DNA of 64,000 nt, taken from positions 166,534,001 to 166,598,000 of the forward strand of contig NC_086097.1 in assembly GCF_963921235.1 (NCBI RefSeq), read 5' to 3'. The translations under genes were made by a program, and so were the position numbers. Positions 38,501-50,500 of this stretch are shown here, one piece after another; the stretch's first letter is position 1; each line of letters begins with the position of its first letter. The stretch is from Mobula hypostoma. Its lineage: Eukaryota. The notes beneath the pieces were generated by a model. It was not told the DNA's origin and did not search any database. It saw only the letters and a list, made by a program, of their open reading frames with translations.

Positions 38501-41500
38501 GCCCTTCAAACACAAAAGTTAGAGATGAGCAAGAGCCCAGACACTGACATTTACAGTCTTCTGCACAAAAGAAACATCCCCTCAATCTTAAGTAATTGAG
38601 CTCTTAATCCTGGAACACCATTGCCTAGTTCTAAATCAGCCTCATGGCATCTACTTTGTGGAACCCTTTCAGAAACATAAGATAATTTCTCTGTTCTCTA
38701 CTGAACTCCAAAGCATGCAGGGCAAAGTTTTTCAAAGTTTGGAGTGGGCAAAGGTGAGAAATTAATGCAGTGTTGAAAACAGTGGTGAGGTGTAGTGATT
38801 CATATTCTTTAACAGTAAAAGAAAAATCCATGTGGGAAAATGGAGCCCCTGTGCTCACTAGTAATTTCAGATGCACGGCAAATGATCATGCGAGGCATCT
38901 TCAGGGTTCTATGTCACAACAGTCATTTTCATGTAAATATTTTAATGTAGTTATGCACTTTTGAACATTTTAAGGCTATTGTTAAAATTGTTTGTCTTTA
39001 TGTTTAAGGCTTGATGAAGCAGCAGGATCTCTTCAGAAGGAAAAAAACATCTATAAGGAAATTGAGAATTACCCAACATGTTTTAAGGTAATCAAATAAT
39101 TTGTAATATTTCAGTTATTTTCTTCTATTCTTGAAAATTTTTATTAAGTTATGTAATCATGTTTTAAAAGGCATCATGACAAGCACATGAACAGGCAGGG
39201 CTTGGAGCGACATTATTCTATATTCTAGAACGGGTCAGCAACCTTTTTGCCTCGGTGGGCTGGATCGTGTGTTAATGAGCGGACAGCGGGCCAGATAATT
39301 GCCATAAAAACTTGAAATACGGGAATTATCCATTTTAATACATCTAGTTATATTTTGCCTCAAATTAATGAGTTACGCATGCTAGAAAATCATTTGTACT
39401 TAACCAAGGATGCCAATTAGTAATCAAAGAACTCAGTTTAGTTGCAATTTATTTCAATCTAGGCATCTTTTTAATCTATTAAAAGGACACAAAGAATCTT
39501 TAAACATAAAATGTATGAACATGATGCATTGAATGGTGGTAAATTAAGTATAATACAAAAGGAAATTTTATTGCAAACAGTCGATAAATCAACGTGAAAC
39601 TTGATGCTGTTTGTTGCTTGAAAGCTTCTCAATATTGGGTGTCAGGGTTGTTGATGCTAAGAGCAAGACATTATCCCACTGGACATCAGTCAATCTCGTT
39701 CTCAAATGGTTCTTGGTGTGCTTCATTTTTGAAAATAATTGCCCACACAGCTAAGTGCTGCCAAACAATGATGCCGTCTTTTTTGCATGGTCCACTAAGT
39801 TAGAATACTTCGCACTTGGATGAACATATTTTCTATAGATATCAAGCACTGACACATCTTCAGAATGAAATTTCAATCTCAATATGTTGTCACATTGCAT
39901 CTCAATCAATTCCATTTGAAAAATTTCTGATGCAGTGTCCACTTTCACATCAAATGGAGTAGCAAACAGCTTGAACTCATTTGCATGCAAGCAAAAATTA
40001 GGAAAGCGAGATGAAAACTCTTTTTGCAATTCTTGTACCATATTCACAAAAATGCCTGGATCTTGTGATTTACTTTTTTGTAAAGTGGGAAAATGTACAC
40101 AATTTCCTTTTTGAAGCTGGTACTCCCACCGTTGCACCTTTCTTTTAAAGGCCACAATATGACCATACATCTCGTGTATCAGTTGATTTTTTTCCTTGAA
40201 GTTGTAAATTCAAGTTATTTAAATGAGATGTAATGTCCACAAGAAATGCCAAGGTTGCAAGCCAATCAGGATCATGAAAATGTGAAGCATCCTCATTTTT
40301 GCTTTCAAGGAATATTGCCACCTCGTCATGCAATGCAAATACTCTTTCCATCGTTGACCCTCAGCTAAGCCAGCGTACATTGGAGAAATAGGCCAGGTCT
40401 CCCAGCTCACTCAATGAAGAAGTAATCGAGTGTCCAAGTGTCTTGGAAATTTCGGCACTCAGTGTCTACTTTCCTGCGTTTTGCATTCATTGCCATTGGA
40501 ATTTTTTTCTTCAATTTTATTTCGAAACGCGAGTTAATCAACAAGTATCGTAGCATATGTAAATATCTGGATATTTAGCGTGGATTTCTTGTTAAAACAC
40601 AGTGATGCTGTTTCTGTTTACAAATTTGAATGACCCCATCTGAAAACTTGCTCGTGCACGGAGAGTATCTAATAAATATTAATAAGGTAGTCTGCCTTCC
40701 CATCATTCGTAAATATAACAGTGTTTGGTTTGGAACAAAACGGAACCTGGGGCCAGTGCAACAAGATGCCATGGATGTCCATCAGTGTGGTCGCGTGAAA
40801 CACTCAGAATAAGGGGAAATCGCTCGCACGCCGGATAAGCATAGTATCCCAATATTTGCTCGTGGGCCGGATTTGGCCCGCAGGCCGTAGGTTGCCTACC
40901 CCTGTTCTAGAAATTTGATCTATAATTCTACTTGAATTAGCATCTATCCTGCTATGCCTTTCCTATTCAAGTACCAATTTTTGAACATTGTAATTGTACT
41001 GCCTCTACTACTTCTTTCAACAGCTCATTCCAGATGAACAATGTGTGGAAAAGCTCATCCCTCAGATCTCTTTTACATTTCTCCCCTCTCACCTTACACC
41101 CACTAGTTCTAGTCTCCTGATACTTGAGGGACAAATGCTCTGCCTATCTTATCTATATCTCTGCTTTTAAAATTGTAAAACCTCAATAAGCTTACACCTC
41201 AACTGCCTACATTCCAGTAACTGTAAACCCATCCTATCCCGTCTCTCCTTTCCAGTCAACATCCAGGTGAATCTCTATTGCCACCTCATCCTTCCCGTAG
41301 TGTGATGCCCAGAACTATGCACAATATTTTAAATACAGCCTTAACCAATGTTTTGCACAACTGCATCCTGGAGTCCCAACTGCTATACTCATTGCCCTGC
41401 TATACGAAGGCAAACATACCAAATGTTGTCTTCATTACCCCATATTGCCACTTTCAGTGATCTGAAGACTTGTACCACCATCAAGGTCTCTGTATATAAA

Positions 41501-44500
41501 TGTTCCTAACTTCCATGCCAGAATTTGTGGTAGAATATGTTCTATCAGAATTTGATTTCTCAAACTGCATAACCTTCTACAATTGTGGATTAATTTCCAC
41601 CTGAATTCCTCTGATTTCCACCCCCCACCTCCAAAAATATATTTTTACCTTGTAATACAGTGATCAGCTGACTATTCAGAGTTATCTTGTCGTAGAGAGT
41701 TCCTAAAATTTACTATCTTCTGCATGAAAGAAACTTCTGTCAATCCTACCTGACTGACCCTTTAATCCTGGAGCACTGCTATTTACTTCCAGGCCTCATG
41801 GCTTCTACTTTTGTTAAGCCTCTTCAGAATCCTGATTAGTTCTCAGTTCTCTAAACTTCAATGCATGCAAGGCAAGCAACTTCAAACATAGGCCTCGAAT
41901 ATATTGGGGTTACCCCTATTCAGGAATATTACTAACTTCATTTTTAAAGATGCATACAAACATAAGAAAGAGGAGACAGCATTCTTTGACTGAATTTCTC
42001 TTGAAGAATAGAGGCATAACGTATTGTACAAAAATAGTGAGAGATACAAAATTTATTATAGGTTTGAGAATCAATATTTATAATAAGAAAAAAGGAAAGA
42101 AAAGTAATGAAGGGCAGAACAGATCCTCCCCAGATGATGGCAGGATTCCATTCCCCTGAACTGTTCATAACCTGAACAGTTTGCAGGTTGGAAGTATGGT
42201 CCATCAAATTTGGTTATAGACTGTACATAAGTTGGGGTTTGTACCTTGAGATCTGTTGATAACAAACTGCTTGGATAACCTTTGGATGTTAGTTGGAACA
42301 CGGTGGCCCAAATGGTTTCCTGATTCTCCATATAGCAGTGAGTCTTCATGATGGTAGTTTACAAATGAGTCAAACATGAATGTACAAACCCCATTTCCAG
42401 AAAAGTTGGGATATTTTCCAGAATGCAATAAAAACAAAAATTTGTGATATGTTAATTCATGTGAACCTTTACTTAACTGACAAAAGTACAAAGAAAAGAT
42501 TTTCAGTAGTTTTACTGACCAACCTAATAGTATTTTGTAAACATACACAAATTTAGAATTTGATGGCTGCAACACACTCAACAAAAGTTGGGACAGAGGC
42601 ATGTTTACCATTGTGTTACATCACCTTTCCTTTTAATAACATTTTTTAATGGTTTTGGAACTGAGGATACTAATTGTAGTAGATTTGCAATTGGAAATTT
42701 TGTCCATTCTTGCTTGATATAAGACTTCAGCTGCTCAACAGTTCGTGGTCTCTGTTGTCTGATTCTCCTCTTCATGATGCGCCATACATTTTCAATAGGA
42801 GATGGGTCTGGACTGGCAGCAGGCCAGTCAAGCACATTCACTCTGTGTCTACAAAGCCATGCTGTTGTAGCCCGTGCAGAATGTGGTCTGGCATTGTCCT
42901 GCTGAAATAAGCATGGACGTCCCGGGAAGAGACGTTGCATTGATGGCGACATATGTCTCTTTAAAATTGTAATATATGCCTCAGAGTCAATGGTACCTTC
43001 ACATACATACAACTCACCCATGCCGTGGGCACTGATGCACCCCATACCATCACAGATGCTGGCTTTTGCACCTTTCGCTGATAACAATCTGGATGGTCGT
43101 TTTCATCTTTGGCACGGAGAACTCGATGCCCGTTTCTTCCGAAAACTAGCTGAAATGTGGGTTCATCTGACCACAGTACATGGTTCCACAGTCTTTCGGT
43201 CCATCTGAGATGAGCTTGGGCCCAGAGAACTCGCCGGCATAGAGTTGATGTATGGCTTCCTCCTTGCGTAATACAGTTTCAAGTTGCATTTCTGGATGCA
43301 GCGATGGACTGTGTTGAGTGACAATGGTTTTCCGAAGTACTCCCGAGCCCAGGTGCCTATAATTGTCACAGAAGCATGACGGTTTCTTAGGCAGTGCCGC
43401 CTGAGGGCTCGAAGGTCACGCGCATTCAACAGTGGTTTCCGACCTTGCCCTTTACGCACTGAGATGTCTCTGAATTCTCTGAATCTTTTCACAATATTAT
43501 GTACTGTAGATGTTGAAAGACCTAAATTCTTTGCAATCTTGCGTTGAGAAATGTTCCTTTTGAACTGACTAACAATTCTCTCTCGAATTTTGGCACAAAG
43601 GGGTGAGCCACGACCCATCCTTGCTTGCAAAGACTGAGCCTTTGATGGACGCTACTTTTATACTCAGTCATGATACCTCACCTGCTACCAATTAGCCTGC
43701 TTAATGTGGAGTCTTCCAAACCGGTGTTACTTGAATATTCTGTGCACTTTTCAATCTTGTTTTAACTCTGTCCCAACTTTTGTTGAGTGTCTTGCAGCCA
43801 TCAAATTCTAAATTTGTGTATGTTTACAAAATACAATTAAGTTGGTCAGTAAAACTACTGAAAATCTTTTCTTTGTACTTTCGTCAGTTAAATAAAGGTT
43901 CACATGAATTAACATATCACAGATTTTTGTTTTTATTGCATTTTGGAAAATATCCTAACTTTTCTGGAAATGGGGTTTGTATTTGTCTACTGTAAATCAA
44001 CTAAACACGGGTTTCCCCCCCCATCCGAAGGTAGAGCATTCCTGTGAAATGGTTTGTAAGCGGAAATGTCGTAAAGTGAAGAAGCAATTACCATTTATTT
44101 ATATGGGAAAATTTTGTGAGCGTTTGCAGACCCAAAAATAACCTACCAAATCATGCCAAATAACACATAGAACCTAAAATTACAGTAACATATAGTAAAA
44201 GCAGGAATGATATGATAAATACACAGCCTATATAAAGTAGAAATACTTTTCCACAATCATTACTGAACTGTTCTCTGTCGCGAAAATCTCACACAAGCGC
44301 CATCGGCAGAAAATCTCTCACAAGCGCTGTTGGCAAGAACACTCTGCCCAGTAACCTTTAAGCTATGAAGCTGCCAAATCATTACCAAATAACATATAAA
44401 AATACATAGCCTATATAAAGTAGAAATAATGTGTGTACAGTGTAGTATCACTTATGGGAATTGGGAAGATAGCTTGCCGAGCACACTGATGATGGTGTGT

Positions 44501-47500
44501 TGGACTGAGTCGTCACAGGTTGGGTGGTGCAGTGGCCCCCACCCTCCAGGCCATCGAGCGATACATTGCCGCGAAGCATGCAGGAATGCAGCGGTAGCCG
44601 GGAGGTATACAGCACATCTTTAAGAAAAAAGCTGAAACAAACAAGCTAATTAATTAGGTGCCGCCGACACGTAATTGTCGGCGCAGATCAGTGCCGATAT
44701 CCAATTGCGTCATCTCTGATCTGGGCTGACAATTGTGTGTCAGCGGCGCCTAATTAATTAGCATGTTTATTTCGGCTTTTTTCTTAAAGATGTGCTGTGT
44801 GCCTCCCGGCTACCGTTGCATTCTCCGTGAATTGGTATCTGTCCGTGGCCTGGGGGTTGGGGTGGTGGGACACTGGGGTGTCATCTCGTCGTCTGTTTCC
44901 ATTAGACCAGACAGCTCATCTTCTCCTATGACTGCCCGCCTCGATGTCGAAGGTCGAGGTTCGTCGTCTGCTGTGGCTGACGTGGAAGGCTTGCTTGACT
45001 GCTGAACCTCGCTCATTTTTCTATCACACAGTTCTTTGTAAGGACTGAAACCATCCTGCAAATATCTCCTAAACCGACGTACCCTTTCAAAATTAAAGTC
45101 GTACTTTATCATTACTCATTCGGTTTCGATTGTTATCCTTTTTTCTTCCAATTGCATCAGCTCTTCATCTGTCAGTTCTTGGTGATGGGATGCCAAAACC
45201 TCTTCAACGTCATGTTTGTCAGCTTCCACAAGCCAAACTTATGTTGTCCTTACTTTGTTCACCACGATCAAAACACTTAATTATGTCTAGTTGTACTGTA
45301 AGTGTAACACCCTTACGAGCTCTTTCAGGCTTTTCCGATACCATAGAACTCATCTTGCAAATGGCTGCTTACAGGCACGTGTTAAAGCAAAGCAGTTCTG
45401 AATCCGGGGGAGAGTGGCTGCTCGGGGTGCACTGCCTTTTATCTCGCGCTGATTTTTTATCGCACGCTGAATTTTTATTCATAACAGTGAAAACACCTTC
45501 TGAAAGTGAAAATAGGGTACTAATGTAGGTCTTCCGTAACAGTGAGTTTTCGTAAAGCGAACGTTCGAAAAGCAGGGGACACCTGTATGAGAATTTATTT
45601 GTGGTGGTAATTTAAGAAAGGTTGGCGGCCAGTCAGACATCCAGAGTAGCCCTATGTAATGTTTTTTTTCCCCCCTCTTTGACTTCTGTTTAGGTACTCG
45701 TAAATTGTAAACATTGAACTTGGCCCAATGCATGGTGGAGTTCAGCAATGGTTAAATGAATGAGCCACTTTACCAATTTCTCATTTAAACATTGGCCTCA
45801 AAATATTACTGTGTTGATTTGTTGCACCACCAAGTTACATTCATAGTCATAGTCATACTTTATTGATCCCAAGGAATTGGTTTTCGTTACAGTTGCACCA
45901 TAAATAATTAAATAGTAATAAAACCATAAATAATTAAATAGTAATAAAACCATAAATAATTAAATAGTAATATGTAAATTATGCCAGGAAAGAAGTCCAG
46001 GACCAGCCTATTGACTCAGGGTGTCTGACCCTCCAAGGGAGGAGTTGTAAAGTTTGATGGCCACAGGCAGGAATGACTCATTCCACCAAGATGCAACACT
46101 GAGCGTCATAGGATCTTGGTGGAATGAGTCTCTGGCTGAATGTACTCCTGTGCCCAACCAGTTCATTATGTAATGGATGGGAGACATTGTCCAAAATGGC
46201 ATGCAACTTGGACAGCATCCTCTTTTCAGACACCACCGTGAGAGAATCCAGTTCCATCCCCACAACATCACTGGCCTTACAAATGAGTTTGTTGATTCTG
46301 TTGGTGTCTGCTACCCTCAGCCTGCTGCCCCAGCACACAACAGCAAACATGATAGCACTGGCCACCACAGACTCGTAGAACATCCTCAGCATCGTCTGAC
46401 AGATGTTAAAGGACCTGAGTCTCCTCAGGAAATAGAGATGGTTCTGACCCTTCTTGTAGACAGCCTCAGTGTTCTTTGACCAGTCCAGTTCATTGCCAAT
46501 TCCTATCCCCAGGTATTTGTAGTCCTCCACCATGTCCACACTGACCCCCTGGATGGAAACAGGGGTCACCGTAGTTGAAAGTTACATGATGTGACAATTT
46601 TGGAGAGATGATGTGACAATTTTGGACAGATAAGAGATTAAAAATTTTATAATTCATTCAACAGATGTCTAATTATCCTAATTAGCTTTTTGATCTGAGT
46701 AGTCTGCTAAGCCATTTTGGAGGCAGCTATGAATTAAATACTCGTAACTCATAACAAGCGTGGCAGACCGGATTGGATAAGTACAACATACTTCCTGAAG
46801 GACATGGACAAATCATTTGTGTTTTTGCAACGCTATTGTATTTTCATGGTTACCAATACAGATGCTAGTTTTTTATTCCAGAACTTATTTAACTAACTAC
46901 ATTTAAATTCCTCATACAGTATGCTGTGTCATGATGTGAATTTATCCAGCCTTTTGAATGCTAGTCAGTAACATAACTATTATCTTAATCATGGATCTGT
47001 AGAAAGATTTTTGCTCTTGATGTGTTGGTATTTAACTGTATCAACAGTTTTCAAGAGTATGTTTCTGAAATATTCACCATATTACTTGTTTGCTTTAGAA
47101 AACAATAGCACAAGTGTTGGTTCATCTACATAGGAATGACTACGTAGCTGCAGACAAATGTGTTCGAGAAAGTTATAGGTAAGCATTAAAAATGTCCTTA
47201 TTATTTGCTGATAAGACTATATAATGCTTTTACCTGAATAAAACTGACAGCTAGAATGCAGGTGTGTTAACTCATTGGGTTTGTATACTCCCCCTTCTGG
47301 TCATACCTGACAGATTAATAGTTTTGTTAATTGGTTATAAGATTTGTGTGTGAAATGGTGAAACAATATAGAACCAATTTCATTTGGGGCAGCACAGTAG
47401 CATAGGGGTGTGTGTGTGCTCGCACACACATTTTCTTAGTGCATCCAACAGAGTAAAAATCTTAAACAACAGGAATTCTGCAGATGCTGGAAATTCAAGC

Positions 47501-50500
47501 AACACACATAAAAGTTGCTGGTGAACGCAGCAGGGCAGGCAGTATCTCTAGGAAGAGGTGCAGTCGATGTTTCAGGCCGAGACCCTTCGTCAGGACTAAC
47601 TGAAGAAAGAGTAAAAATCTTGCTGTTGCGTCTCTGTCATAATGTACAAGCGATCAACGGGGGAAATGAGCCCAAACACTAAAATTGTAAGCATTACTGT
47701 TTTTTACACTGTATGTACAGTCAGATACACGATTAGATCAATATGTTCTCATTGTGACCTCGTGAGTTTCCTTTGGGTGCTCCAGGTTCCTCCCGCAGTC
47801 CAAAGACCTACTGAGCTGCCAGTGTGCAGGTATGTGGCTATGGCTACCAGTATACGCACACCTGCTACCCTTTTGCCACAGGACTTGGGTTAGTTTGGGA
47901 TTGTAAGAATGGGTGACAAGAGTGACCTGCGCAAAGACTTAGTTTAGGAGAAAGAGTTGCGCAGTGTTGGCCTCACTCACTCGTTTGAGACCATCTGTAT
48001 ACAGTGGCAAGACAGAGTCACAACAGCTGAAGATGAAGTCAGCACAGCACCTCGCTGGGTCAGCCTTCCTGACTGTTGAGCTGAACTAGCGGTTACCTCC
48101 GTGCAGTCTGCTGGGTGCAGCCTTCGCTAAACTGGGTAGGCAAGCCCAAGTTCGCCGAGCATTTAATGCCCATTGTTTACCCTCACCTGTTTTAGGCCTT
48201 TTGTCAAAGGGGCTTACCAAGGTGTGGCCACAGTTGCTAGAAAACAGCAGTTTTGAGCCACAGGTGAGAGCTGAATGTAATGGTACAAGCTGGGGACAAT
48301 GGTAGGCAAGTGATTGCCAAGGGGGCATGAGATGCCTGCCTCATCAGAGGTGCTACACCTCCCTGACACCCCATACACCCCAATCAAAATAGTAATGGTA
48401 TATTCTAAAATTATGAAAGCCTGAATGTCCAATGCTGTTTTGTGGATAGGAAGGACATATATTTTTAGAAGCATAATTGGGAGTTTAAAAAACAAACTTA
48501 AAATATTCTGGCAATCTATGTGGTTAGCAGGCAGGAAATGTGGATCAGATGGACAAAGTTATGTCCTTATCTCAATTTTGAAGCCAATAAACTATCCAAG
48601 AAGATGATGAAACTTGATGTACAATTTCTTCCTCCCCAAGTTTAGTTTGATGCATAAGTAACGAATGATTTCTGATCTAATCTTTCTTGTTAACAGTATA
48701 CCTGGATTTAATGGTAGTGAGGACTGCATTGCCTTGGAGCAACTACTGGAAGGATTTGATCAGCAAGACCAGGATCAGGTTTTTGCTATCTGTAATTCAG
48801 CACTCTTCAAGTACATGGATAATGATGTAAGTTTGATTCCATTTATTGAGTACTAATATGAGAAACCAAGGAATAGATAAATACTTCATTGATCCCAAAG
48901 GAAATTATAGTATCACAGTAGCATTACAAGTTCGCATATATACAATATTAGAACAGAAGTAAGGAGAATAAGTAAAAGTAAGTTATCTTAAACAGTCCAA
49001 CACGAGGGGGTCATCACTTCCCTGGCCATAGGTTGACTCATTATAGACCCTTATGGCTGAGGGTAAGAATGAACTCGTATAGTGCTCCTCTGTTCAGCCA
49101 AAGTGGTATGCAGAGGACGAGAAACCTTGTAGAATTGCCAGGATTTTCCGTAAGTTCCTTTGTTGTACCACAGCCTCCAGCGTGTTCAGTTTGACTCTTA
49201 CAACAGAGCCAACCTTTCTAATCAGTTAATTGTGCCTATTGGCATCAGCCATGTTGATGACATTCCCCAAGCATACCACTGCATAGAAGATTGTACTGGC
49301 AACCACAGACTGGTAGAACATGTGAAGGAGAGGGCTGCATTTTCTAAAGGACCTCAGTCTCCTTGGGAAGTAGAGGTGACTCTGGCCCTTCTTGTACACT
49401 GCCTCTATGTTGGTGCTCCACTCAAGTCTGTCATCCAGGTGCACCCCCAGGTACTTGTAGGATCTCACCACATCCATGTCCTCACCATTAGTGGTAACAG
49501 GGAGCAGTGCAGGCTTTGTTTTCCTAAAGTCCATAACTATCTCCCTTGTCTTACTGATGTTGAGCTGCAGATGATTCAGCATGCACCATTTGACAAAGTC
49601 CTCTACCGGGTCCCCATATTCATTCTACTATTCTCCCTTTATCTATATACTACTAAAACTCTCATGCCCTGTTTGTGACCTCCAACTAGCGGCACTATTT
49701 TTGGCTAAATCGACTTAAAATGCGCTAACTTACAGAATGCAGGCAAAGTTCAGGGTTATATATTCATACAAAATTGCTCACTCGTTAAAATCAACAGCCC
49801 CGCTTTCACCTGAGAGCCGATGTCAGCCATGATAGAAACCGCGATGCAACACCACGATGCATGCATACAGCCAGCCTCAGAAGTGACTCATGATGCTCAC
49901 AGCAGCAACACCAATCGGAGCAAAAGGGCAGGGCAGCTCTATTTCGAGCGGTCTCATTCTGCTAATCACCATCAGCATGTGCAGGATTGGGACAGATCAA
50001 ACTGGGACCCATCAATAAGAGATAATTAAATCTTATTGTAATGACGTACTTCGAGACACCCATCAAACCCTTTACTGCAGTCAAGGGACATTGGTAACTA
50101 TATCATGTCCATTTAGGAGAGCGCCAACCACAACAACAAGAATAGTCAGCATCCTGGAGGCTTTGGTGTTACTGCTTCGTATCTTCTATCCAGCATTAGG
50201 GTAAAAAAAATGGTCAGCCTAATTATTGCGCGTGGAAAGAGAAGGGGGACATTATGGTCAAGAGATGATGCCAAACGTCGTCGGGAAGCGGCAAGGAGAG
50301 GGAGAGAACAAGAATCAGATGAAGTCAGGGCCGTACGACTCCAGGATCAAAGAGTTAGGACAACAAAGATGAGAGAAGAAGAGGCATGCAAGTCTCCAAA
50401 ATGACAACAACTGGCATAGAAGGAGGAGAGATGAAGAGACAAAGGAGCTGAGAAATGCATGTCTCCAGGATCAGAGGCAAACAGCAGAAGAGATAAAGAG

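Noticed and set aside
47630..48400. GC-richer intronic stretch as an exon or ncRNA
   Set aside because: No frame-compatible splice sites or recognisable RNA motif; mixed with V-SINE fragments and probably an unclassified repeat.
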